Positions 48,379 through 60,386 of a stretch of 64,000 bases of DNA are shown here, piece by piece. Under the pieces are notes generated by a model, which saw only the letters and a list, made by a program, of their open reading frames with translations, ran no database searches and was not told the origin of the DNA. The translations under genes and the position numbers were made by a program. Source of the DNA: Eukaryota sp. GEM-RC1 (taxonomy: Eukaryota); NCBI GenBank assembly GCA_040285855.1, contig JAUFOQ010000006.1:1860001-1924000 (forward strand), written 5' to 3'. The first letter of the stretch is position 1. The number at the start of each line of letters is the position of its first letter.

Positions 48379-48669
48379 TATTTCGTTCTATGCCTAAATT
48401 TCTTAAATCAATCATCACAAAGTTTTGTAAGAACTGTTGTACTGTTAATCGGGAATTTTCGGTGTGTACTAGACTGAAAGCTATGAAACAGCTTTGATTA
48501 TTATATGTATTTGTGTATCCTTCATCGATTAACTTTTTTTTTGTATTTTGAGTTTTACAATGATGATTTAAGGCACAATTTTGCAATTTTACAAAAGATG
48601 AATGAAGAACCTCGATTAACCTATCAGGGCATTTAGTAGTTCATTTCAAGTGTTTAGAACCGAAAAAGC

Positions 48670-48838
48670 TTTATTCGGCACCCAATAAGGTAACATTCCT
48701 ACAAAACTATGAAATTGTAAAAACAAACAAATAAAACTAGGACTAAATCCAAACGACTTCATCACCACCCGCTAAAAGATTACGTTTATCAACATTAACC
48801 TTCAGACCAAACTTGTACAATTTCTCAATTAATCGAGA
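48670..48838 (-). mobile_element. Family A CRE-like 3' fragment
   Basis: Same 3' UTR and DEVVWI tail. Confidence 0.8.
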
Positions 48839-49195
48839 GTGTTTTATTTAGACTTACTAGTATGTTTCAAAAATAAGCAACTAACCCAATTCTGAAGCAA
48901 TTATTGTCTGTGATACTCATATTTTTTGAAAAATGTAAAAGTTTAATTGTAAAATAATACACATACTACAGTATATTTAATGATGACATCATCAAACAGA
49001 CTCAAAGAACGCTTTGCCCAAGTGTAGCGGAGAAGTTCTCAATCAAAATAAAATACAAACATACATATATAAGTGCTACATTGTTCTCCTTCAAAAACTC
49101 ACGTTTACAAGCTAAAAAGACATAAATAATAAACTTAGAAATTATGAGTATATACTTCCCACCTGACAAAAAGAAAATCATCGTTCAAAAGAAGT

Positions 49196-51408
49196 TTACC
49201 CAAATAATCGCTTAAATTCATTAGTAAAACTGTCTTCCTCAACAACACTTGTCACATCATCAGCACAAATAGAAAACAAGCAAGTCCCCGCATTAATCCT
49301 CGCCTGTAGCACCTCCAAGGCCTTGGACTGAGGTAACAAAAGAGAAAGAGCAACCAAACAAGTATACATTGGCTTCCGATCAGTCTGAGAAATCAGTCGT
49401 AGCCTAACACAAGCAAAAGAAGGAGATTCAAATAGCTGAACGAACCGGTCAAAATGCACGTGATCAGTATCAGAGAATCCTTTCTTACCATAGTACTCAA
49501 TGACAGCAAGGCAAGACGAGTAACTGCGGGAATACATTGACAATGAAAAGAAACAAAAGGGACTATGTACAAACGATGTAATTAAGCTTTGATAATCAGA
49601 AGATCCTCTGTTTTGAACTCGCAGTCGTAAATCGTGGAATCTAGAGCACGTGAATAGAGACAACAATAGACAAGGAAGTGTTTTAGTAGTGAGGTCTTTT
49701 GATTCTCGGGAAGAAACACTTGTGATCTTACCAACAATGGATAACACAATCTCACAGAAATACTGATCAGATTTGATCCCTTTGATACGTGATAAAAGGT
49801 CAAAAAGAATGAACAAACGCTTGGAGTCATGCAAGAATCCGTTAGACCTCTGGAAGCTTCTGTTACGACTACTGACTTGAATATGACTTCATCATGTTCT
49901 TGCGCTTGAGAGAAAATCAAGCAGAAAACTTCAATCACAATTGATTGAAGGTCAGAATTAGACTCAAATCGGCTACATAGAATTAAACAGCGTACAATTC
50001 TACACAGGACATTGGGTGATAGGTCGTTTTTACACGTGAACCAATGTTTTGAAATAATAAATTTCAAAATATTACAAACCAGCGAATATTTACTAAACAC
50101 AACGCTATCAACTGTTGATGACGACGACGATTGAGGTAAGAACGAGGAAAGCGTCGAGACCAAGAGCTTAAACTGAATCTTATGTGAAGGTGCATAAGTT
50201 AGAACATCGATAATATCATTGACGAGTGGCTGAACAAAATCAGATAAATCAGAAAAGATATTGGTAGAAAACAAATTAAAAACAAATGATATTATTGAGG
50301 ATAACTTGTGTAGAATAGGAGTGGTTGCGGGAGACGATCCAAACTTAACATAAACCTGAGCACAAACTGAGAACCACAGTAGACATTCATGTAAAATAGG
50401 TGTGGAAGTGGCATGAAGAGCAGAAAGTTTGGTTAGAGTGTGAATCAAATCCTCCCAATGAATGTTGTCGATTTCGCAGGAGGTGTAGGCAACAATGGAA
50501 AACTTGTCCTTTTCTACTATTCTGGATAGTGGATCCAGATCAGAAGCTACGGCGTCATCAAACTCCAAAGGGACGTCTTCATCTAAAGGGATAGAGTTGT
50601 TAACAAAAGAGCGAAGTTTGGAAAGAAAGTCTTCTGATTGGAGAGTGATTTCCTCATTGGAAAGCACGTGATCAGCGAAAGTGTAGGCAAAGACTTGGGC
50701 ATCTCTTGGGGAAGCAGGACTACCAGAAGTGTAAGGGAGAGGTTGAGAGACAAGAAGGGGGATGACTACAGAAAGCAAGATGTGGGTATATGGGAGGAGA
50801 TCAACTGAGAGACAGTCTAGAAGGAAAGATAGTAGTCGGATGGCAAGGGACTTGGGAGGTAACACGGAGAGAGACAGAGCATTGCAGATACATGGGATTA
50901 GAGGATCTAGGACTAGCATATGACCATGTGAGAGAAGGATGTCTTGGAGTAGACGTTCTAGAGACAAACAAGATGCAACGATTTCAGTACTTGGATCAGA
51001 GAATCCAGCGACTAGACTTTTAAATATGAGATGGAAAAAGGAAAGGATATGGTGAGTAAGAGCCTTACATAAGGAGTAGAGAGCTTCGAAAGACAGAAGA
51101 CGAACATGGGAATCTAGATCTAACACTCGAGAAAAAAGGGGTATAAGAATGAGTTCCAAAATGCTGGAGATGTTGACTTTGTCATCTAAGGGAAGTTTGG
51201 ACGCTACGTAACCGAGAGCAACAACAGAAGAACGACGATGAGACAGATCAGTACTCGAGGAAAACACAGAAATACTGTTAATCAAGGCAACGAAATCATT
51301 CTCTGTGAAACAAGAGGAAAGAAGATTATCCAGATATGTGACTGAGGGAGATCTCTTATCATTAGTTTTAAGAACAAGATGAGAGAGTTTTGTAATTGAC
51401 ACCTGCAT
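49196..51408 (-). CDS. VAC14: VAC14 homolog (HEAT repeats; frameshift near 49850)
   Basis: DLDSHVRLLSFEALYSLCK N-terminal motif; C-terminal FDRFVQLFESPSFACVRLRL..LLLPQSKA..LQARI. Confidence 0.85.
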
Positions 51409-51667
51409 TGGTGCGTGATGATTCCTAACAAAATTGGATGGAAATTTACTGAAATATGTTTAAGTCATCCAGTCGAAATAGTGAATCAAGGGAATAATGA
51501 TCGTCTTAATAGAAGTCTGTTTATGCAGATACTGAGTATATGAACAAAAAGTCACAGATTGAAGGTTATTTTTAGTGAATCAAAACAATTCAACACCCAA
51601 ACAGACATGAACAACAGCCAGTTGATGAAATCAGAGCCGATCAAAATAAGTGCTAAAGAGACTAAGC

Positions 51668-52024
51668 TTACTCAACGATGGTTTGGTTTGTGAGACCTTT
51701 GAAAGTGTTAACCTCAACTAGGACGACACGGGTATAAAGCTTTCCGGGCTCCTCTTCAGACTCTCTACGGGTACAGCGAACACGGACTCTGTTGGGGGCA
51801 TACGGACACCCTTAGCCCAGCAGAACTTGTTAACAGCGGGATCGATACGGACATCTTCGGTGTGCATTTCACGGGAAACGAACTTCCTGATAACTTTAAG
51901 GGCTTTGGGAGCACGTTTCTTAAACTGACTGAGGTAAGTTGTGCAAACACACAACATACGTTCCAAAAACTCGCTTATGGAGATTGACAGTGTATTCCCG
52001 GGTGACGTTCGTAGGAAGAGGCAT
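51668..52024 (-). CDS. RPL31: 60S ribosomal protein L31; 31-nt intron 51929-51959, C-run frameshift near 51796
   Basis: [41 protein letters not shown]. Confidence 0.95.
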
Positions 52025-52192
52025 TAGAAAAGGAAAAGAACTCGCAGTGCCACTTTACATCATTCCATTTTCCTATAATCATCACTTTTCATATTAAAAC
52101 ACCGCTGTTTTGCTGTTGTGGATGTCTGTAAATTAGGACGAACCAAAGCATTAATAATATTAAACAGTTTATTGAACATAAAATACAGATGT

Positions 52193-52798
52193 CTAATTGC
52201 TTGATTCAAATTCAGCCAAGCGTGCTGTTAGTGCAGAGATTCGTGAATCCTTCAATCGTACTAATTGACTCAGCTTTGTTAATTTGGATTCCAGAATGTC
52301 CACCGTGTTTTGGAGATGCTTGATCTGAGCATCTTTTTCATCAAGGACCTCGGGCGAAATCTGGGTAGAAGTCTTCGGAGTCTTATCTTTAGGGAGAGGC
52401 GATGGATGTGAAAGTTTAGTTCGCTGGATTGGTGTTCCGCCAACCGAACTACTCGGAGATTTTTGAGATTTATAGTTATCTACAAAATGTTTGAACGCCT
52501 TAAGAACACGTTCAATGGCACCAGGAACAGAATTTGCTGCTAGCTCCACATCTCTGGCATCTAAAGACACTTTGAGTTTCTTTAAAACTTTAAACTGCAT
52601 AAGGTCCCAGTTAGAAATCTTGGCAGCAACAGCATGGCAAGGAACAAAATTATGAAGATCCACAAGATGGGGAAAGAAGTGGTTAACAACCTCAGAAAAC
52701 AGAACACAATCAGAAAAGTCCCGTGCAATATTTTTCTTTGGTCGACTTAAGGGGATAGCATCAACCCAGGCATAAAGTGACTGTAGGTCGTCTTGCAT
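52193..52798 (-). CDS. SPEF1: Sperm flagellar protein 1-like (CH domain + coiled coil)
   Basis: LYAWVDAIPLSRPKKNIARDFSD..LVDLHN..; LESKLTKLSQLVRLKDSRI. Confidence 0.92.
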   Translation of the reverse strand: MQDDLQSLYAWVDAIPLSRPKKNIARDFSDCVLFSEVVNHFFPHLVDLHNFVPCHAVAAKISNWDLMQFKVLKKLKVSLDARDVELAANSVPGAIERVLKAFKHFVDNYKSQKSPSSSVGGTPIQRTKLSHPSPLPKDKTPKTSTQISPEVLDEKDAQIKHLQNTVDILESKLTKLSQLVRLKDSRISALTARLAEFESSN

Positions 52799-52899
52799 TT
52801 AAAGAAGCGAAATTTGTGTTCAGAAATACTGAACATTGTTCATAGCTCCTCTCATTTAGGATCTTCAAATACAGGATGAACTAATTTATCTATTAGAGA

Positions 52900-53757
52900 A
52901 TGACTAAACGATCTAAAAAACCTCCTTCACTCGTGCGATTAATACAAGACTCCGCGGCATGTTTGCCATTTGTTGACATCTCGTATTCACCAACAGACTC
53001 TCTAGAACTTCCTTATCTCACTCTCTTCTTTGATTTTTTGACATCAACCAACCTAAATTACAGTCAAAAACCCAACTTTTTCTATCCTTGTCTTCACTTC
53101 TCTATTAATTCTGATAAATTAGAGTCACTCAATGTAGAACCTCCATCTACTTTAACATTGGTGTTCATCCCTTTTTCTAATCTCGAAACTCTTATCTCAT
53201 CCCCAAATGATGCGTCTGTTGACCTGCTATCATTCATTCGCTCCTCATTTCCAGACTCCTCTATACGATTCATTAGCTATGGAAAGCCCTCCAGGTCTTT
53301 TCTCTTGTCTTCCCTCAGTGCGTTTTCATCTTCACTTCTTCTACAAAATTCCTTTCTCAACTTCTTCACGAAAAACCCGGATACTGTTTCTAATTTCATC
53401 ATCTCTGCTCTTACTTCCTACTCCCATCAATTTTTCCGCTCATTTGGAACTTTTCCCTTTGCTGAGTCTGTTGAGGGTAGTAATGTAAGAGAAATTTGTG
53501 ACAAGTATTCTGATTCCAGTGCTACGAGTATACTAGCAAGAATGCTAGCTCGAGTGCCTAGAATAACTGTTGCAGGAGTTGAAGCGATATTAGCACAGTT
53601 TCCGACTATTGCTGACGTTTTCTTAGCTTTTTCTCTCTATGACACTAACGATGAAAAGATCGAAGTAATAGCAAACATTCCAATGGGACAACGAACTATA
53701 GGACCTTCGCTCAGTACTAAGATAGGTAATTTGTTTGCCACTCTCTCTGATTCATGA
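52900..53757 (+). CDS. EME1/MUS81-like protein (C-terminal HhH pair)
   Basis: RMLARVPRITVAGVEAILAQFPT...RTIGPSLSTKI. Confidence 0.6.
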   Translation: MTKRSKKPPSLVRLIQDSAACLPFVDISYSPTDSLELPYLTLFFDFLTSTNLNYSQKPNFFYPCLHFSINSDKLESLNVEPPSTLTLVFIPFSNLETLISSPNDASVDLLSFIRSSFPDSSIRFISYGKPSRSFLLSSLSAFSSSLLLQNSFLNFFTKNPDTVSNFIISALTSYSHQFFRSFGTFPFAESVEGSNVREICDKYSDSSATSILARMLARVPRITVAGVEAILAQFPTIADVFLAFSLYDTNDEKIEVIANIPMGQRTIGPSLSTKIGNLFATLSDS

Positions 53758-54031
53758 TTCATTAATGATTGATTCATGATTGATTGTTTCCTTTTTTAGA
53801 AAGCAAATTGAGCCAGTCGTATTGGGAGTTGAAAAGAATATTACATTCAATTTATTTATTTGATTGGAAATGATTGCTTCAAATATTTCAAATGATTGTT
53901 TTTTTACATCTGGATGAACCCACTGTATAGGTTGGTACAATTACTGCAGCTTAAAACATTTCACATTTATTTTCAGATTGACGATCTGTTTCTCAGTAGT
54001 AATACATGACTGTAAAAACGTTTTAAATATT

Positions 54032-54692
54032 TCACAATAAATTTACATTGCACCACACCTTCTTATGAACATTAAACAGAACTTTCCCAAAAGGTGCCTT
54101 TTGCATTTTAAAACCCAACTTCGAAACTCCCAAATGAAAACAAGCTCTCCTGGCACTACTTTGAAAAGACAAAGACTCCGCTTTCCTGTTATTGAACTCA
54201 TGGCCTTTCAATCGTCTTGAGGTCATGGGCAAAAAGCTTTTCTTCTCAGCTTGTTCTGTCTTGTTTGAAGGAAGAAGTAAGTCTGGTGATAGATCAATGA
54301 CTTTGACTGTGTCTAGATAGGTTTGCGAAGGCTGATATTGAGGGGGAAGGTGTGTTAATGCGACACTTAGCTGCATTAGGGATATTCAGTTCATCAAAAA
54401 CAATCCTTGAAGAAGCAGATCTTGGTGTGGGTAATGGATTGGAATGTGTAACATTAGTGGAAGTTAACTTGACAACAAACGGAGATGTGGTTGGAGGAGC
54501 GTATTTGTACTGTCGGCTGGTTAGTAGTTCCTGATTAACTTCAGACACTGAAGGACGTTGTAGATGACGAGAATGAGGCGCTCTACGGAAGAATCGAGCT
54601 GATTGACTAGAACAGGACCGATCTACAGAAAGTGCAGGAAGAGTCAATGTAGGAACCTCTGGTCTATTGAGGGATGTGTAATAGACATTCAT
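54032..54692 (-). CDS. Hypothetical protein (probably one frameshifted gene)
   Basis: Two overlapping same-strand ORFs. Confidence 0.45.
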
Positions 54693-54835
54693 ATAAAGTA
54701 AACAATTTCTGGACTGGTGGGGGTTGTAGATGAGCAGTGCGACTGAAGAAGTTTTTGAGTTTTCAATTTCAACTACCCTCTAGTTCAGTAGTAGTAACAG
54801 CTTACTCATCTCTTTTTGATTCATCTCTCTAAGAT

Positions 54836-56185
54836 ATGAAGTCCTTAGTTGATCTTCTCAACACTTCTGAGGACCTACAAATCCCAATACCAGGAACGCG
54901 TCTTCCAGAAGGTCCTAAACTTACTGACCTACAACGTCGCTGTTGTGAGCTATGTGGGTGGACCAGAGATTCTTTTCCTGGCTCCCAACCTGTCTCAATG
55001 TCTAAAAGTGACTTATCTCTACTAAGCTCTCAAGATTTCCTCGTGGCTGAAAAAACCGACGGTATTCGTTACCTTCTATATATCCATCAAAACGAACAAT
55101 TCCTCATTGACCGTAACTTTCATTTCAACAAATTATCAATGTTTTTTACTTCAACCCCCTTTCCTGACACTCAGCCCTTAGAAGAAACGCTGTTTGACGG
55201 GGAGTTAGTTCGAGACAAAATTGATAAGAACGATCCGGACAAGGGGTATGTACTTCGGTTTATGGTATTTGATACAATTGCTTTCCACCGCAAGCCTATC
55301 ATTCAAAGGAACTTAATAGAACGTTTGAGTAAGGCTGCGGACATGGCTGGTCTAAGGGAAAGTCATAGAAAAGGAGGTCGTTCATTTGAGGGAGAACCCT
55401 TTGAGATTTATCCCAAGCAAATGTTTGCTACTAAACACACAGCCCATATCCTTACAGATGTGATTCCCAATCTAACCCATGGGAATGATGGATTGATCTT
55501 TACTCCAGTCAGAGATCCTTACGTTCCAGGCACTTTCTCAAAGCTTCTCAAGTGGAAGTTTTCCTATCAGACTACAGTTGATTTCAAGATTGCAAAGGAT
55601 TGTCGGGGGGATGAGACCATGTTTCAGTTATACGTCATGGATAGATTAATGCTGACGTTCTATTGTTATGTGGATCTTCCCCGAGAACAACACGATGTTC
55701 TAGCCCATGATTACAGTGTTTCTAACTACGTTGTTGAGTGTTTGTACGATCCCACCCACCGAACTTACATTCCACCACCTCTCTCCAAAAGCCCTGATAC
55801 CTTTATGGGAGGACAATTCATACAGGGAGGGTGGAAGTTGGAGAGGGTGAGGACAGATAGAGAGAAGCCGAATGACATTAGAGTTGTTAAAAAGATTATG
55901 AAGGCAATGGAGGAAGCGGTGACGTTAAAAGAGCTCATGGAGTTCACAGCTAGGATACCTAAGGATATTGATAAGAACATGACTGGAGTGGCTGCGAGTC
56001 AGAAGGTTTCTGTTGACCAATCACGTGACGTGTTTTACAAGTTTGAATTTGTTAAGACACCACCACCTGTTGCTTCGAATACGGAATTAGAGCCCGAGAT
56101 GTGGTCCCAGGGGGTCCTGCCTATTCCTCCAGGGCTTCATAGTGGAATTGATGCAGGAAATAAGAGAAGAGCTCCAAGCAATTGA
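54836..56185 (+). CDS. mRNA capping enzyme, guanylyltransferase
   Basis: FPGSQPVS, EKTDGIRY (KxDG), LFDGEL, FDTI, DGLIFTP, LLKWK, RVRTDREKPN. Confidence 0.95.
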   Translation: MKSLVDLLNTSEDLQIPIPGTRLPEGPKLTDLQRRCCELCGWTRDSFPGSQPVSMSKSDLSLLSSQDFLVAEKTDGIRYLLYIHQNEQFLIDRNFHFNKLSMFFTSTPFPDTQPLEETLFDGELVRDKIDKNDPDKGYVLRFMVFDTIAFHRKPIIQRNLIERLSKAADMAGLRESHRKGGRSFEGEPFEIYPKQMFATKHTAHILTDVIPNLTHGNDGLIFTPVRDPYVPGTFSKLLKWKFSYQTTVDFKIAKDCRGDETMFQLYVMDRLMLTFYCYVDLPREQHDVLAHDYSVSNYVVECLYDPTHRTYIPPPLSKSPDTFMGGQFIQGGWKLERVRTDREKPNDIRVVKKIMKAMEEAVTLKELMEFTARIPKDIDKNMTGVAASQKVSVDQSRDVFYKFEFVKTPPPVASNTELEPEMWSQGVLPIPPGLHSGIDAGNKRRAPSN

Positions 56186-56679
56186 TTGATTGACAGATTG
56201 TTGATTGATTTCGATTTTTTTGATCACAGTTATATTTGATGTTTTGGTCATTTTATTGGTGATATTTGGTTTTCATGAAAACCAGATTGATTGAAGAAGG
56301 CAGACCGATTTAATTATCATCATGCATTTTCTGTTTGTAACATCTAGGGTTTTTTTTATTTAAGAGGGGTTTAGTCTAGGTGGTAGTACTCGGAATACAT
56401 AAATGAAACGTGACTATATGAGCAAACCTTACTTTGGATTTACATGACGTGCATTGATTGAAGTTCCACAGTAGTTGTACTGTGAGTGGTGACGATGCAT
56501 GTTGTTCGTTAAGAAAATATAGTTTCTAGCAATTTCGTTAAAGCAAACTACACTTGAACACAATTAAAAAATACCTCGAAAGGAGGTTGCTTTTCAAGAG
56601 GTTTGAAAGGAAAGATACTGAATCTAGAGTGGTACTTTAAGTTCGTGTACATACGTTGTTTGGTTACATACATTATAAA

Positions 56680-57000
56680 CTGAATCAAATTTTTTATTCA
56701 AAATTAGTATTTTTTCCATTTGCTATTTCTATTTTTGGTAGTATTGGTGGACAGGCTTCTCAGTTTTTAACTGATTTTGGATCTATGTGTAAGTCTCAGA
56801 ATAACGGATTTAACTTATCAATTTGGCACAGCCGTTTGATTTTTTCTTTGTTTCCTTCGATGCCTAAGTTGTTTAAATCATTTTTCACAAAGTTGTATAA
56901 AAAAGTGGTACGGTACTGTTGACCAGGAATTTTCGGTGTCTAGTGTCTCATAGCTTTTTTTATGATATGTATTTTTGTACCCTCCATCAATAAACTGTTT
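56680..57000 (+). mobile_element. Family B CRE-like 3' fragment
   Basis: FFPFAISIFGSIG..FLTDF; same 3' UTR as the other family B copies. Confidence 0.7.
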
Positions 57001-57299
57001 TTTATTCTTATTATAAGATTCCATAAAAACTATCTAACTCGATAAAGGAGTCTGAACATGTTCTTCAACCTTTCTGAGAGTTCTTAGAGAACATTGGCTT
57101 TGAAGAGGGAAAATGACAACCTTCCTCTCCAAACACTTTCATTAAGAACCAGATAAGTTGATAACTTATAGACATTACATGGATTCAATGAAGAACATCA
57201 GATGAATATCAGTGTCAGAATGACGTGGACATCTTGCGGGATTTCTGGTACATGTACTGAATTTAGCAACGCCAACTTTTATCTTTTCACCATACTATA

Positions 57300-57984
57300 A
57301 TGCCTGAATATTCCGATCCTCACTACTGGGTTGAACGTTATAAGAAGGAGCCCAACACCAACTTCGACTGGTATCTGACCTTCGTTAATCTGAAAGATAT
57401 ATTGGAGCCTTATCTTCGTGATGATGCCAAGATACTTGTTGTTGGATGTGGTAACTCACGTATGTCCGCTACTCTTACTAATTTAAGGTTTATCCTATCA
57501 GCTTTATGAGGCTGGTTATCAATCTATTGTATCAATTGACATAGCCGAAAATGTTGTTGAACAGATGGTTGAAAAGTACAAAGAAAGCGCCCCCGAACTT
57601 GAGTGGCAAAAGATGGACGTCAGAAAGCTTGATTTCCCATCTGAAACCTTCGATCTTATTGTCGACAAGGGTACTATGGATGCTCTTCTCTGTGGGAAGG
57701 ACAGTTTTGAAAATGTTCTGTGTGCTCACAAAGAAATTAACCGCTGTTTGAAACCACAAGGTATCTACGTCAACATCACCTACGGACAACCCGAATCGAG
57801 GCTAGACCACTTCAAGCGCCAGGATTTGAACTGGAACGTTGAAACCAAAACCGTCCCTAAGTCCATGTTAGGTTTAGAAGAGAACCAAGATAATCCCAGT
57901 AATTATTTCTATGTGTACATTTGCAGTCATCCTCAAGAAAGCCCTAAGGAAGAACAAGAGCCAGTTACCGAATCTATCGAATAG
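57300..57984 (+). CDS. Class I SAM methyltransferase (EEF1AKMT4/METTL13-like); 28-nt intron 57460-57487
   Basis: YWVERY..FDWY..ILVVGCGNS|RLS..; MDVRKL..FDLIVDKGTMDAL. Confidence 0.92.
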
Positions 57985-58476
57985 GTAATTTAATTAATTA
58001 TCAACTGTATCATTATTATAAACTTCGCCTTTGAGTTGATTGGTCATAAATTTCATGGTATTGGTCATGTATTGTGGCCATATTCTGAACTTCAGAATTA
58101 GTTTGTGTCTATTAGGCACAATTATTTTTGATGAGAACAACAAATGAGTACACACGTATCTTGTTCTCCGCCAAAGACGATTGGTTATTATTGGTTTAGA
58201 CGATTACTTTGTGACAGCTTTGGAAAAGTATCAGGCTTCGAACTTAACAGATTTGACTAGAACATGTAGTTTGTTAAATCTGAATGAAGCTAGAAATATT
58301 GTATTTAAGAAACACCTAATCAACACCCAATTAAATAACATAGTTCTACTTCGATTTGTTGAAAAAAGTCCTTTTTCTGGTAAATTGAGTCCATCAACAC
58401 ATAAAAGCGTCAAATTTACATAACTATGAGATTATCGAAATACACACGTCGTACCAAACGACAGGAAAAGATCCTT

Positions 58477-58956
58477 CTAAGATATAAGCATATCAATGCT
58501 CTCTTTAAGATTGGGATTTTCAATTGCAGCAGCAACACGTTCCTTATCAGCCAATTGCTTGTTAATAGCATCAGCAGAATCATGAGTCCCTTCAGTTATC
58601 CGAACGAGAATTTTGAACTTAAGGGGTAGACAATGAAGTAGTTTAACTCGAATAGCAAGTCCAATGAAGGTTGCCATCGAACAATGAGGAACAGTAGGGG
58701 TAAAGTTGACCGTAACTGTGTTGTCTTGTTCGATAATGATACGCTCCTCACGAACAACATCAAGCTCTCCTAAAGTTTGAGGGAGTTCTGGATCCTGTAT
58801 GTCTTTAATGAGATCAAAAATCTCGTGAGAAGTCCATGAAACATTTTCTGATTGATAGATGGAGGTATTGGAAACTTGAAATCTGGGTATCCCAGGACCA
58901 GACACAAAGAGAGGCAGAGCGGGGTTGTTTCTGTGGAGGAGAAGGGATTGGCTCAT
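58477..58956 (-). CDS. CIAO2: Cytosolic Fe-S assembly component CIA2/FAM96 (MIP18 family)
   Basis: EIFDLIKDIQDPE.PQTL..FTPTVPHCSMATFIGL..GTH..INKQLADKERVAAA.EN. Confidence 0.95.
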   Translation of the reverse strand: MSQSLLLHRNNPALPLFVSGPGIPRFQVSNTSIYQSENVSWTSHEIFDLIKDIQDPELPQTLGELDVVREERIIIEQDNTVTVNFTPTVPHCSMATFIGLAIRVKLLHCLPLKFKILVRITEGTHDSADAINKQLADKERVAAAIENPNLKESIDMLIS

Positions 58957-58971
58957 TATTAAATCTACAAT

Positions 58972-59827
58972 TAGGGTTGTTAAAATGAGCCGAGTCAAGT
59001 CGAGTCAAGCCTACAATTTGAAGCTTGACTTGACTCATGAGTCAACCAAGCCTGACTCGTGCTGACTCATCTTGACTACCTTTGACTTGACTTGACTCAT
59101 GAGTCAACCGAGGCTGACTCGAGCTGACTCATTTTGATTACCTTTGACTTGACTTGACTTGACTCATGAGTCAACCGAGCCTGACTCGAGCTGACTCATT
59201 TTCAATGCTCTTTTCTATTGTACTTTATAACATAACACAAATCTCTACTGTTTTCTACTGATCTGAATTTAATACACCTATTCCCTACCACGAGTGTAAA
59301 CACAATAAACACCTTGCAGTATTGCAGATAGTCTAGCCCTTTCCTTTGTTACAATTTGGTTTGCAGCAGAGAACAAACGTTCAATTGCTGCTGAACTTGG
59401 CTGAATGCTTAAGTAGTCGCGAGCTGAGCAAGCTGAGCTAGGATAATCTGATTGGTAGCGTTTCCACCAATCTAGGGGATCCACCGCAGCATCGACTATG
59501 CCTGTTGATAAGTAAGCTGTCAGCTCATCCCGCACATCAACATGCAAATGAATTTATACAGAGAACTGCTACTAATTCCATGTACACGTGATTGTAATAG
59601 AATATGTTTAAATTGTATTAAATTATATTCATTAGAGTAAACTTGAGTAGAGCTGACTCACAGACAGAAACATAGGCTTGACTCGACTCATGAGTCAAAT
59701 GAGCCTGACTCGAGCTGACTTACGGACAAAGATACAGGCTTGACTCGACTCATGAGTCAAATGAGCCTGACTCGAGCTGACTGACTCAAAGCTCAGTGAG
59801 TCAGCTTGACTCAAAATTACAATCCTA
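58972..59827 (-). mobile_element. Internally deleted hAT transposon retaining the C-terminal dimerisation domain (59278-59547)
   Basis: TIRs TAGG(G/A)TTGT; 8-bp TSD TCTACAAT; GACTC/GAGTC subterminal repeats; DPLDWWK..YP..ARDYLSIQPSSAAIERLFS. Confidence 0.92.
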
Positions 59828-60386
59828 TCTACAATAATGTTCAACTAGATTCAAAAACTATCAAGAATCTTGACCTAGACATATCCTTTCACCTTTTTTC
59901 TAGAGTTGCCCACTGACTTGACTCCAAGTCACATGTTGATCGGTTTTCGGGGTTTTATGGGTGCTCTACTAGGCAGGGTATACCCGTAGTATTTTGGCAG
60001 TCTTTCCTTCTGTATATTTGATACCCCTAATTTAGTGGAATGCCAAAAAACTCAATACATCGATTAAGACCGAGTGTATTGAATTTGTTCAAGTGATTTT
60101 GAATCGTTAAGAGAATGAACAGATCAATAGTCACTGTTCAATCGTATAGTTATTTTTTGCAACAATTTTCCTTTTCGTCTCCAAAGCTTTACTAACAGTG
60201 GTCAATCTTTATGAGGACAAAAATGTGACAGTGATGGATGATTATTTAATTATAATTAATATGATATCAAATTCTAGTTTTTTACTGCATATTTAAACTA
60301 AATCTTGTTTTTAAAAAGTATGACCGACAGTATTTCAGTAGGTTTAGGAAATGATACTGTAAAATTGAATTTTGTCAACTTCTTGC

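Noticed and set aside
34515..56185. Cap methyltransferase and guanylyltransferase as a viral or functional capping cluster
   Set aside because: They are 19 kb apart, separated by unrelated host genes, and both look like ordinary stand-alone eukaryotic enzymes.
58985..59810. GACTC/GAGTC repeat clusters as a CRISPR array
   Set aside because: They are subterminal repeats of a hAT element with TIRs, an 8-bp TSD and a transposase remnant.
59880..59910. U5 snRNA loop 1
   Set aside because: The sequence reads ACCTTTTTTC, not the near-invariant GCCTTTTAC.
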